The position numbers and the translations under genes were made by a program. A stretch of DNA of 64,000 nucleotides from Geosiphon pyriformis uo1 (taxonomy: Eukaryota > Fungi > Glomeromycota), in assembly GCA_016748015.1 (NCBI GenBank), contig JAAOMT010000200.1, positions 432,984 through 496,983 on the forward strand. The letters run 5' to 3'. A model generated the notes under the pieces. The model searched no databases. It was not told the DNA's origin and saw only the letters and a program-made list of their open reading frames with translations. Of this stretch, positions 52,165 to 64,000 are shown piece after piece; position 1 is the stretch's first letter, and each line of letters starts with the position of its first letter.

Positions 52165-52657
52165 GTTAATTCTCCAGTTACAACAAAAGTGAAATATTGC
52201 TAAAGAGATATTTGTTCCTATTCTTTATTCCCTTCATTTTCTTAGCTATTTCTTTAAACTTATCTTTATTTGTGAATATAGAACCAGTAAGTTTTGTTGT
52301 TGATAGTTTTGGATCTGCTTTAGCTGGATTAAAGATCCAGTCTAATGTCAAAAAGAAGAGAGTAAATAGTGTATACTCTCACAGTATATTATACAAGAAA
52401 TCTAAGAATCTTAAGATCAGTGTTGATATGACTGACTTATTTACTGGCCTGTTAGACCTGACCAATATTGGTAATATTAATAGTAAGTTTTCAAAGTCTT
52501 GGAATAGTAAAATAGAAAGTAAAACAAGTAGCATGAATGGCTTATCAAACTTAGAAAACATGAAAAATATTATTGCTAAGGAAACTAGTTATGCTAACTT
52601 GGATGCTTTAGTAATTAATGACATAAAAAACAATATTACACCCAGAAAAATGTGTAT
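52165..52657 (+). mobile_element. LINE relic L3, 5' end and ORF1 N-terminus; resumes at 63772
   Basis: ORF 52197-52694 is homologous to L1 ORF1 (SW.S.++S..S..S.+ENMKN.+AK.TSY). Confidence 0.8.
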
Positions 52658-53752
52658 TGTTACAGGTAAACTTGGTGAGTATGAGAAATGGTAACGTTTA
52701 GTGCTCTCAATTATTGATAATGCATCTTTTGCGTAATTCTGTTGGCTTAATCTTGATTATCAATCTCTGAAGGTCTATTTCTGGATGTGAATTTTACCCA
52801 TTGAGTTCTTTGGTTATAAGGCACAGAGTTTGTCTTTTATTGATTGCAACGTTTTTTGTAAATGTGAGCTTTCTTCTCCAAGCTAACAAGCGCAGTTATT
52901 AGGGTCTGGCGTTGTCTTTTCACCCTTCTAGTAAGTTAACAAGATAATGTTAATATCCAAAACTTAGAGGAAGCTTCCCTTTTTTACCAGGCTATTACGA
53001 AGTCTATTCCTAGATAGTCGATTTTACTATGTTGCCGCTCCACAAAAAATTAAGACAGAAAAAGAAAGAAAAAGAAAAAGAAAAAGAAGAAAAGAAAAAA
53101 GAGAAAAGATAAATTAGTATCGTCAATCGCTGTGATCAACAGCGATTGGTCCAAATTGTTAATAGGTTCAAGGCGGTTATGCTAAGAGCATCTGTTCTAG
53201 AATGGAGATATAAGACAAGAGTTAATTCACGTAAATTTCACGAAGTTTGAGAACATGAATTTGTGATTCTAATTTCTTTTAATAATTGGTTTATTTCAGA
53301 AGATGAAATAGGGAAGATAATAAAGAATGAAGGGGTATGGATATTTTAATTTCTGGTTTAGAGGTTTGTATCTATTTTTTCTTCTTCTTTTTTTCACTTC
53401 TACAACTACTTGCTTTTATACATTCTTTTGGTTTTACAGGATTGCTTTCAATTGTCTTGTTATCGCTAGCTATTGCTTTGTTGTTTCTGTTATTGCTTTG
53501 TTTTTCTATGTTATCGCTAGTTATTCTATGTTATAACATGTTATCTGATGTTATTACTTGTTATTCTGTGTTATCCTGCATTATAATACGTTATCCTATA
53601 TTATTGTGTGCTATTCTGTGTTATTCTGCATTATAACACATTATCCAATGTTATAATGCATTATTCAACGTTATTGCACGTTATTCTGTATTATGTCACA
53701 TTTTGGTCATGTTTCTTCATAACTTTGGATTGGTTTTTCTACTCGGGTAACA
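52658..53752 (-). repeat. 3' LTR of element E
   Basis: TGTTAC...GTAACA; pair of 62671-63767; (GAAAAA)n tract and about 22-bp U3 repeats. Confidence 0.95.
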
Positions 53753-54501
53753 TTATCCCTCTCTTTTTAAAATTAAGCTCCTGTGAAACTGTATGTATCT
53801 GTTATCATGGCTTCGTTCGTGTAATGTTCAATTGTTGCCTTGAGTATTGCTTTTTGTAGGTCTTCGAACTGTTGATTGGTTATTCATCCTATGCTGTTAA
53901 CCATTATGGTTTTCATAGATCCATTCAGTAGTACGTTTGGGCAATGTTAAAAGGCGGCATATAGTCGGTATGCTGCTTTGTAATGTAGAGTCAGGTTGTT
54001 TTTCTCTACAAATTTTTCTACTTGTTGTATTGTTTCTTTGTTGAACGTTTTCTGGCTAAGGTCTTCATATGGTGTTTTCAAGTCAAGCTGTTCTCCAATT
54101 TTGTAGAACCAATAAGCTGTAGGAAGTCTTTTTTTCTATTCCTGGGCGTTGTCAGGTGTCCACTCCCCTGTTTCAGGGAGTTTGGTCCCACGAGCTAAAG
54201 CTTGTTTTATTTCTTCAAGCTCGGGAACCAAGTATTTTCTTTTGTAACTTTTTTCTCATTCTTTGCCTCCTTCTTTTCCACCCCCTGCCTGAAAGCAATT
54301 TTTCCTCCCACATTGTCTTTCGGGTGGTGAGTAGGAGAGAGAACATTTAGTTCTAATTGAACTTTTGTCCTCCTCTCTCCTGCTCTTATCTTTGTACCGT
54401 ATCTCTTTTTTATCAATTGTTATTTCTATTTGAAATGTCAATTTTTGAATTGTTTCAAATAATTGTTTAGATAATTTTAAAATTTGATCTGAAAGATCCA
54501 T
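53753..54501 (-). pseudogene. ORF3 of element E (frameshifted)
   Basis: MDLSDQILKLSKQLF..IEITIDKKEIRY..AYWFYKIGEQL..KAAYRLYAAF..ITNQQFEDL. Confidence 0.82.
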
Positions 54502-54579
54502 GTTGAAATTTCTATCATTTCTTGCTGCTTTTCGGATGCTATATATATTTGAATTCCCCAATTTAATTTGCTGTCCATT

Positions 54580-57500
54580 GTCTATGTTTCAATGACGATG
54601 ATTGGTTCCAGATCTTATGGTATATTTTCTGGTCTGATTAATGAAATTTGTGTTCTTAGTTGAGGTACTAATGACAATGATTCCTGTTTTACATGATAAA
54701 TTTTTAACCGATTTCCATGCACTACTTTCTTTAAAATCCTGTCTTCCAATCGTAATTTGTAAGCTTCATTTCCTAACATTTTGTGTATGTGAAATGGACT
54801 GTTCCACTTTGGGTCAAACTTTCCACTCCACTGTTTCTTAGTTTTTGTACAATGTAACAGTACTTGGTCTCCAATCTTGAATTCCATTGGTTGTTCTGAT
54901 AGGTGTTTATCATGTCTTTTTTTTTGTCATTCTTGAGCATGACTAATATTGCCAGCTGCTGTTTTTCAATTGTTTTTCAACATTTCCATTAGCTGATATG
55001 TTCTTTGGTGTAAGGTAGCCTCAAAATTCTCTTCATTGATTGTTTCTGTTGGGTATGATGGTATCACTTGTTCAATCAGTAATGTAGCTTTTTTTCCATA
55101 GACTAGTTCGAACGGTATAAACTGAGTTATATTTTGTTTCAATGTTCGGTATGCAAAGAGTACAGAAGGTATAAATAAGTCCCATTCTTGTCTGTTTTCA
55201 TGACTTATTTTTGCTAGTGCTTCACACAGTGTTTTGTTAAACTGTTCTACCAGTCCGTTCATTTGTGGGTGGTATGGTGATAATAAGGGTCTCTTTATTT
55301 TAAACCGTTGGCTTAGTTCAGTCAGTATATTATTAACGAAGTGTGTTCCCTGATTAGATAATAATTCTTTCGGACATCCATGTCAGCAAATTAGGTCTTG
55401 ATGCACAAAATTGGCGACTGTTTTGGCATCGGCCACTTGGATTGCTCTGGCTTCTGGCCATTTTGTAAGATAGTTTATGGCTACAGTAATATAGTGATTT
55501 TCTTGGGATGTAATTGAAAGAGGTCCAACCAAATTGATCCCGATTCTATCAAATGAATTTCCAATTAGAATGGGTCAAAGTGGTTCTGTTGATCTTATCC
55601 TCCTTTTCACTGACATGCATCACAATTGAGCACATATTTGAAAATGTCTTTGTGTATCATTGGCCAATAGTATAAGTTTAGTGTTTTTTCGAGGGTAGTG
55701 TCTTTGTTAAAGTGTCCTGCAGTCAGATCTGAATGCATGCTATATAGTATAGTTTCTCTTTCACTGTCCATGATTAGTCGTTGTGGGTTGGGGTGGTTTT
55801 GGTATTCTTGTTGATATAGTTGGTTGTCTTAAATAAAATAATTTCGGGCTTGTTTTTATATGGTACTCTGTTCCTATTAAGATAATATCTCCTTGAAATG
55901 TAGTGTCAATAGGTACTGATGTAGTTGTTGATAAGTGAGTGTGTCCATGAGTCTGGGATTAGGTTTGTGGCATTCTCAACAAACTGTCAGCATTGGTGTT
56001 CTTGGATCCTTTCTTGTAATGGACTTTGAGTGGGAATTGTTGCAGATAAGTACTCCATCTTGCATATTTTCCTTCTAGTTGTGAATTGTTGAGTAACCAA
56101 ATAAGTCCTTTGTGGTTGGTATATAGATCAAATGGTTGACTAAGGTAATGTTTCCAAGTCTGTATGGCCCAATAAATGGCAAAACATTCTAGATCTGTTG
56201 TGCTGTAATTCTTTTCTGCTGGGCTAGTGCTGCGACTAGTGTAGACAACTGGGTGTTTTCTATTGTCTGGTCTTATCTGTGATAAGACTGCTCCTAGAGC
56301 ATTTTTCGAGGCGTCCATAGCGACAATGAACCGTTTAGTGAAATCTGGGTAAATCAGAATTGGGGATGTGATCAATTACTGTTTGAGATAGTCGAATGCT
56401 TTCTGTTGATCTTCCTTCCACAAGTACGGTACATATTTGGACAACAATTGATGGAGTGGTTTTGCGATGTTCGAGAAATCTTTGACAAATTGACAATAAT
56501 ATCCTGCTAATTCTAGAAATCTTTGTAATTCTCTGAGGTTGATTGGGGCTGAAAAATCCTTGACTTTTTGTACTTTATCTGGATCGGGTTTAACTCCGTC
56601 CTTGCCGATTACATGTCTTAGGAATTTTAACTCGGTTTTTCCAAAGAAGCATTTCTCGGAATTGAATTTCAATTCGGCACTATGAAAGTGTTTGAAAACT
56701 TGTTGCAGGTGGAGCAGATAGTCTTTGAATGTTTCGGAGAACACATTTGTGTCGTTTAGATAGACTACTACTGATTTCCAAAGGATTTCTTTGTATATTA
56801 CATCCATCAGGCATTGAAACGTGGTAGGAGCATTACAAAGTCCAAAAGGCATTATATTAAACTCGAAGTTTCTGTCTCGAGTGGTAAACGCTGTTTTTCC
56901 TTTGTCTTTGGGGTTCATTTCAACTTGCCAGTAATCACTTGCTAAATCTAATGACAAAAACCATTTCTTTTTCCTTAGATTGTCCTGGATGAGAGGAGTG
57001 GAATAACTATTTCCTTACGTGATGCTGTTACGGTTTAAGAATTTAGCAAAAAGAATCATAAAAATAATACAAACTATTCAATCATAATATAGCACAGTAA
57101 TAATCTTAGAAAGATAATGATTAACATAGTAGCAAACACCATCTCGCGATAGTGGCAAGCACCAGTTCACAATAGCAGCCAATACCAACTGATGATAGCA
57201 GCAAACACCAAGTTGAAATATCAAAAAGAAAGTATTTTTTTGTAGAACTACAAACATGTATATATACAGTAGTTTTAATATTGGGAAATAATCAATCAAG
57301 TAATAAAAATCATAACTTATCAAGCAACAGATCCAATTTTATCTGACAAACTCCACTTTAAATTATACTTTCAAATTAAATATCCCAAGAAACCTTTAAA
57401 AATCAAAAAGAAATGAAAAAGAATATTTAAAATGGAACTATCACAACCCAAAATATTAAAAAACTTACTTGTATTATTTATTGAATGAAACTATCATTCA

Positions 57501-58230
57501 TCAACTGAATCCCTTAGAAGAATAATCCTTGATCAAGATTATTCACGTTGTTACTAATTGATAAAAGCTTTATTGTGAGAATTAAAAAAACACTAAAGAC
57601 CATTAACATTCTGTGTTTATAGATTAGAGAAACACATCAGGCAATTGCAAGGATAGCTTCAGAGAAGACCCCAGACAGTGGGTAGATTTCAGTTCAGCCT
57701 CTGAGAAGGAGTACATAAACACACACAACAATCAAGAATTAAAGAATAACTTACATCGCAACAGTAAAAAGAAAGCCTTCAGTGTAACAATGACATTATC
57801 ACACAAATAGAATTGAGGAACTCACGAAAGACTGATTGCAATTAAAGCGGGATATCAGCAATTAAATATAACAAGAAAACCATCCCGTAACAACGCTATT
57901 TAGTTTTCGATAATCTATGCAGAATCGCACTTTTCCATTTTTCTTGGTGACCAAAACTACTGGCGAGGACCAAGGGCTTAATGATTCTTTGATTAGGCCA
58001 TTATCAAGCATCCATTGTATTTCTTGCTTAATTAGGTTATTGCCAGATGGGAGTACGCGGTAAGCTTGTTGCTTAATTGGTCGAGTGTCTCCTGTATCAA
58101 TTTGATGTTTCACAATGTTAATGCATCTGAACTCATTTTCACTGGCAAAGACATTGGCATACTGATTCAGAAGGACTTTGAGTTGCATTTGTTGTAGGGT
58201 ACTTAAATTTCCTAAATTCAATTTATTGAT
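54580..58230 (-). pseudogene. pol of element E, RT interrupted by solo LTR S3
   Basis: ORFs 57862-58266, 56376-56957, 55959-56375, 54966-55262, 54615-54887. Confidence 0.95.
57026..57892 (+). repeat. Solo LTR S3 of a further family
   Basis: TGTTACGG...CCGTAACA 8-bp inverted ends; TSD ATGC/ACGC; TATA (ATGTATATATA) about 57256; splits YRKLNSV|. Confidence 0.92.
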
Positions 58231-58634
58231 CTCTTCTGGTGTAAACAAGTAACTTTTTTTTGGCAAATTTCATATTTGTGAGGTAATGTCACAGAATAAG
58301 AATAATTGTGCAAAATCTGGAATAAACTGGAGTTTTTCAGGATTCTGACTATCTGTGGATATGGAACCGACAAGGGTCTCTTCGGGAATTTCAATGACAT
58401 CTTCTGTCAGGTTGTGGATGGGGATTTTGAAGTGTTTATGGGCTTTGGCCAGTAGGTATAGATTAGCAACATTGGCTAGGGAACAGATTTCGGGACTGGC
58501 TTCAAATAATAGAGCTTGATCTTGGATCTTTTGATTTACCTTGAGGATGTATTGTCAGTATGGGGGAATGGAAATGACAGTGTTGGTGTGGATAAATTCT
58601 ATCTGGTCACTGTCTTTCTCCATGAAATTAACTG

Positions 58635-59075
58635 GTACATTTTCTCTTCCACTTAATCCAAACCCATTGATTCCTCAGGCAGTGAGGCCTAACTCTTCTC
58701 GGGTTGTTACCAGGGTTAATTGGGGTATTTTGATTAGGGGTAAGAAAATAGCTTGGGCAATTTTTTCTTATGATTCTATTTTGTAGGGTCTGTCCAAATT
58801 GTTCTGTAGCATCACAATGATGTTTCCCGTATAACTGGCATCGATGATTCCTCCTTTTATGTCAATTCCTTTCTTGGCTAGACTAGATTGAGAGGCAACT
58901 TGTATCATTGTACTAATAGGAATTTCTAACACTATCTTAAGATCTATTTTTACGAGGGAATGTGGGGCTATAATGATGGGTAATTGTCCGGGATATCGTA
59001 AGTTGAAACCAGCATCAGTGTCATGCGCTCTTTTGGGGCAGATTCCTTCCTCATTGTCACTGTACCATTTTAGCT
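58635..59075 (-). pseudogene. dUTPase domain of element E
   Basis: Hand translation HDTDAGFNLRYPG, QSSLAKKG, GGIIDASYTG, KIAQAIF, NGFGLSG. Confidence 0.87.
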
Positions 59076-59214
59076 CTAGTTCTTTGAATAGGTCGGGATA
59101 CGCAAGATACTGTTCTGTTTCAGTATCCTCAGTTGAATCTTAAAACAACATGTCCTTGGTGATCAATACCTCTTCTTTGGGTTTAGATAGTTCAGTAATT
59201 GGAAACAGTATTCT

Positions 59215-62200
59215 TGGAGGCAGATTAAACATAAGATCACATTCATCGCAGTACTGGAAGTGACAGGGGATCAAACAGTGATCGCATAGTTTGGTATTCA
59301 AATTGGCCAACCTTTGCTCCTGTTCCTCGCGAGTCGGGCCAATTCCTGATATCAGTTCTGAAATGCATCTGGGTCATCTGTGAAGAAATCATTCTTGGGG
59401 TAGTCAAGTCCAGTATATTCGGGTGTCCAAGAGTTGTCCTTAATTTCTCGTATTTCTTCAGACATGGTGCCTTCGGCCTTGGCACTTGCCATTCTCCAGA
59501 TTTCATGGTCATCATGTAGATAACCGTCTAGTCTGTTAAGTGCTTGTTTCCAAGTATTCTCGATGAAGGTTCCCTTTTATACCCAATCGTTGATTAATAT
59601 GGTGTATTAACAAGCCTCATTGCATGTTCCTCCTCTGCCAGACACATCATTCCAGAGTCTTTCATCTGGCAGGATTTCGCCACATACGAGGCACGGTGTG
59701 TGATCCCATTTGCCTTGTCATTTTGGTCATCCAAATCTTTCCAGTAAACAAGGCCTGCAATAGTATTTGGTGGTGGTGGGCCATTCTTCATTGTCCCCGA
59801 TACATGTGCCCATAGTGGATAGTTTTTTTCCACAATCGACACATATTAGTCTTGGGGGTTGGTAAAATAAGTTTTTTTGGTCCAAGGTTACGTATCCTAG
59901 TAATGACAATTGGGATTCTTCTTCGGCTCTGCCTTTTCCTTTTTCTTCCCAGGTTGGTGGTGGGGTAGTTCAGTTCAATAATTATCTGCCCATGAAACCT
60001 GATAAGTCTCGATAGTTGGTGGCATTGATGTGTCTTCAAATTCAATAAGGGGTTCCTTGGTATATTGGTTTTTAAAGTGTCTGCACGTAACTGGAACTCA
60101 GGCATACTATCTGTTGAACATGAGTTAAAGTTCTTGGGTGTTTCAGTCGAGAGCAGCATTGGCTTTTGACAACCAGTCATTTCTTACTAGAGCTTGATAT
60201 TGAGTAGCTTCCATGACAAGTACTTTGGTAGGGATTTGGATTCCATTAATCTCGAAGGAGAAGTTGTCAATTTCTTCTATCGGGGTTTTTGTGTTTCCAT
60301 CTGCTGTAATGATCCGGGTGGTAGCAGCATGGTCTACTCAGTGACCTAGTTGGTTCATGAGCTGCTTCGTGATTATACTACCAGCTGATCCGCTATCCAG
60401 GATTAATTTAATGTCTATTCTTCCAACTCTGGCATTGGTGTATAGAGCCATTATTGGTTTATCCTGATTGATGGCTGCTCCACTAAAAAGGCTATGTGTG
60501 TTCAAATTATTGATGTCAAAAGGAAATATGACAGCTAGGGTGGGTGTCTTTGGTAATAGTGGCTGGTGAGATATTGCTTTTTGTTTGCTTGGAAGGTTGG
60601 AAGATTCGTTCTATATCCCCCCCTTCCACAGGTGTAGATTTATCAAAACCCTGGTCTTCCATAAGACTGAGATAGGAAGTTTGATTCAGGTATCCAGTTG
60701 GTGTTGGTCAAGATTGGGTAGGACTGCGAGGGATTGGTCAAGATGGTCCACTGTTGGTTTGCACCTGATTGTTGTTGGGATTCCTCCATCACTGATTATA
60801 GTCTATAGCTCAAGGTCTGGATGGGCTGTAAGAGAAAGTTTGATAGTGAGAGATTGCTTGTGTCATTGGTGGTAGTTGATAATAATTCTGGGGTGGTGGT
60901 TAAGTATATGGAACTTGTTGTGCATATAGGGGCAGTTGATTCTGAGGTATAGAATATTGGAGTATCATGTTTTGCTGATATCTGGGTTGCTGGTATGGGT
61001 TTCCTTAATTTTGGTCCATGATCTTCCTTCTGCAGTCACGGATGATATGTCCAGGTTTCTGGCAATAGTAACAGTTGTGGGGATCGGATCTCCAAAGTTG
61101 TTGCTGTTGCTGACGGTTCTGTTGCTGTGAGTATCTGCTGTTGTTGTTATTTTCTCTCCATTGGGGTGGTTGGTAAGTTCTTGTAGTTCTGGCTAAGAAT
61201 CCTTCAATTTTCTGAGTTAGTTTCTCACTCAATTGGGTTATCTTTGCGTCAATGTCAGAGGTTCTGTTAATGACTAAATTAACACCTTGGGTATGGTTTG
61301 CTTCTTGTTTTGCAGACTCAAAATCGCGAATGAGAGTGATGGCGTCTTGTAAACTGGTCAGATGACAGGGTCTTACGGATTTTAGAATACTACTCCGCAA
61401 TCCTTTAATGAATTGATTAAAAACTTGTACTGCAGTGTAGTAGTCCCTTTCGATAGCTAATATTTGATGCAAGATTTGATTGAATCATCCGAGATAAATA
61501 GTTACTGCTTCGTGATCTTTTTGTTTAATTATGCTGAATTGATTCTGCAATTGGATTAACATATTGGGGTTATAGAAGTATTGCAGAAATGTGAGTTTAA
61601 ACTTGGTAAAGAAGGTAGGCTTCTCTGCCAGGCTCTGGTATCACAAATTGGCAGTTCTGGTCAGAAAGAACAGCAGTGTCTGAACTGTGCAGTTATCATT
61701 CCAACTGTTAACGGTAATTGCTTTCTCAGCATCCACGATCCAAGAATATGCATTATCTTCTTCACCAGAGAATTTTTCCAATTTAGTGATATTCTGGTAA
61801 GCCATAATCCGGTTAATGGGTGGGATGTTACTGGTTATGTTTAAAAGGATTGGTGTTTGTGTATTTGAGTGTTCTCTAAGTGCTAATGCTGGTTGCTTTC
61901 TTTTGTTGCTTGAACCAATAGGTTGTAAGATAGCTGTTTCTTCCATTAGGGGAGATGCTGATTCTGCTAGGTTTTGTGCTGGTGGCTGTTCCCAAGTTGA
62001 CGGGTTTTTTTCTGTTTGACCAGCTGCTGGGTTAAGATTTCCAAACAGCAATCCGTATTTTTCTAGTGATTTGGTCCAACTGTGTTGATTCCAAGGGTGT
62101 GAATTTCCAGGAGTTCGTAGTGTTTCCGACTGGGTTTTCAGGGGTGGGTTGAATACAATTCTACTTTGGAGTATCTGATGGTATAATGGAGTTGTTGGGG

Positions 62201-62608
62201 AGAGGACCCTTGGTTTCTTGTTGACCATGGACTTGGCTTGGACAGTTACAGGTTTGTTGGATTTGTTTTCGTATTCTTCAGAGTTGGATTCCACTGGTTG
62301 TTGTACTTGAGGAAATTGTTGTGCCATGTAATATTTAATGTCTGTATCGATTATATACAGAGTTTCAGCGATTGCTCGGGTAGTCGTGGCTGTTGAGTAC
62401 CCTAGTAAGCTTTGATGGATTTGTTCTCCAAGTCTTCCTATATCAGTTGTGTGGCCTAACAAGCAATCAATTTTTGTGTTGATATAGTTACAAAAATCAC
62501 TTTCTGTGTAAGCAGTTCCTACTGGTATTCTTAGGTCTTTTCGAAATATTGAAATAGTGCTTTTCCGTACGAGGAGTAGTCCTTTCCTATTGTTCCAATA
62601 GTCGCCAC
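59215..62608 (-). pseudogene. gag, protease and Cys-rich block of element E
   Basis: KLEKFSGEED, QFIKGLR, CYYCQKPGHIIRDC, LILDSGSAGS, CVDCGKKL..YYCRPC. Confidence 0.9.
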
Positions 62609-62670
62609 TTTTATGTATTTTTGGGAGTGCTCTGTCTCTGTGGATTTATAACCTTACAAGGAGCACCAAA

Positions 62671-63767
62671 TATTATGGGTAAACTTGGTGGGTATGGGAA
62701 ATGGTAACGTTTGGTGCTCTCAATTATTGATGATGTGTCTTCTGTATAATTCTGTTGGCTTAATCTTGATTATCAATCTCTGAAAATCTATTTCTGGATG
62801 TGAATTTTACCCGTTGAGTTCTTTGGTTATAAGGCACAGAGTTTGTCTTTCGTCGATTACAATGTTTTTCATAAATGTGAGCTTTCTTCTCCGAGCTAAC
62901 AAGCACAGTTGTTAGGGTTTGGCATTGTCTTTTTGCCCTTCTGGTAAGCTAACAAGATAATGTTAATATCCAAAACTTAGGGGGAGCTTCCCTCTTTTAC
63001 CAGGCTATCACAAAGTCTATTCTCAGACAGTCAATTTTACTATGTTGTCGCTTCACAAAAAATTAAGACAGAAAAAGAAAGAAAAAGAAAAAGAAAAAGA
63101 AAAAGAAAAAGAAAAGAAAAGAAAAAAGAGAAAAGATAAATTAGTATCGTCAATCACCATGATCAAGAGTGATTGGTCCAAATTGTTAATAGGTTTGAGG
63201 CAGTTATGCTAAGAGCATCTATTTTAGAACGGAGGTATGAGACAAGGGTTAATTTACGTAAATTTCACGAAGTTCGAGAACATGAATTCGTGATTCTGAT
63301 TTCTTTTAATAATTGGTTTATTTCAGGAAAGATAATAAAGGATGAAGGGGTATGGATATTTTAATTTCTGGTCTAAAGGTTCGTATCTATTTTTTTTTCT
63401 TCCTTTTTTCACTTTTACAACTACTTGCTTTTATACATTCTTTTGGTTTTACAGGATTGCTTTCAATTGTCTTGCTATCATTAGCTATTGCTTTGTTGTT
63501 TCTATTATTGCTTCGTTTTTCTATGTTATTGCTAGTTATCCTATGTTATAACATATTATCTAATGTTATTACATGTTATTCTGTATTATCCTGCATTATA
63601 ACATGTTATCCTATATTATTGTGTGCTATTCTGTGTTATCCTGCATTATAACACGTTATCCAATGTTATAACATGTTATCCAACATTATTGCACGTTATT
63701 CTGTATTATATCATGTTTTGGTCACGTTTCTTTATAACTTTGGATCGGTTTTTCTACTCAGGTAACA
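62671..63767 (-). repeat. 5' LTR of element E
   Basis: Pair of 52658-53752. Confidence 0.95.
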
Positions 63768-63771
63768 GTAT

Positions 63772-64000
63772 TTACACATGTATATTAGGTCAATCTTCAA
63801 AAACTTTTTTATTCAACATTTTAAGTAACATTGAAAATATTGTGGCTTTTCTGTTTTCTAAGTTTGTAGGCTCTGAAAAATTGTATTTGATCAGATTATG
63901 TATATTAGAAAAGCAAGTTTTCGATTCAGTTAAATTATTTGTGTTGGATATTGAGTTATCTGTTTTATTTGGCAAAACTATTAATGACAAGTTAATTGTT
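63772..64000 (+). mobile_element. Continuation of LINE L3 ORF1
   Basis: Continues the RKMCI|..ILGQ frame, homologous to L1 KKICIRIYVLKQP. Confidence 0.7.

Larger units (their letters stand above)
52658..63767 (-). mobile_element. Element E, full-length Ty3/Gypsy LTR retrotransposon inserted in L3
   Basis: About 1.1-kb LTRs, TSD GTAT (52654-52657, 63768-63771), PPT 53753-53771, PBS 62651-62668. Confidence 0.96.

Noticed and set aside
53058-53110. (GAAAAA)n tract as telomere or LINE tail
   Set aside because: Present at the same position in both E LTRs; it is the U-rich LTR tract
53327-53859. Hydrophobic multi-TM-looking ORFs (also 63342-63651) as possible env or membrane protein
   Set aside because: Antisense inside the E LTR; hydrophobicity comes from T-rich sequence and U3 repeats, and overlapping frames look alike
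57026-57892. MITE or DNA transposon because of 8-bp inverted ends
   Set aside because: TGTTAC/GTAACA ends, 4-bp TSD, TATA and palindromic hairpin match the LTR families, so it is a solo LTR
1683-63651. Numerous short ORFs antisense to the elements as host genes
   Set aside because: Shadows of retroelement coding frames with no recognisable motifs

Overview
No host genes are visible. The window is a very AT-rich nest of decayed retrotransposons, most consistent with a fungal genome; resemblance to Glomeromycotina/Geosiphon-type repeats is my recollection and needs a search. By hand I resolved five Ty3/Gypsy (Metaviridae) LTR elements: A 2700-22721, B 9014-18860 inside A, F 33776-41603, E 52658-63767 (all with both LTRs, PBS, PPT and 4-bp TSDs) and 5'-truncated D 27799-41748. 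Also present are a sixth split element C (985-2699 plus 22722-26512), three solo LTRs, a partial LTR, a very degraded pol fragment (1-980) and three APE-type LINE relics with RNase H. Nesting reaches six levels. All ORFs are broken by C>T/G>A transitions. The most interesting content is the shared retrovirus-like architecture of the LTR elements: (i) a conserved non-env ORF3 after pol that runs to or through the PPT into the 3' LTR; (ii) a Cys-rich zinc-binding block plus dUTPase between protease and RT; (iii) an LTR hairpin with a self-complementary loop (TGATCA, or AACGTT in B) kept across otherwise dissimilar LTRs, a candidate kissing-loop dimerisation signal; (iv) a conserved GTG start for Gag; (v) 4-bp target sites centred on CpG or its deamination products. 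Coordinates were read by eye; internal domain limits are approximate.
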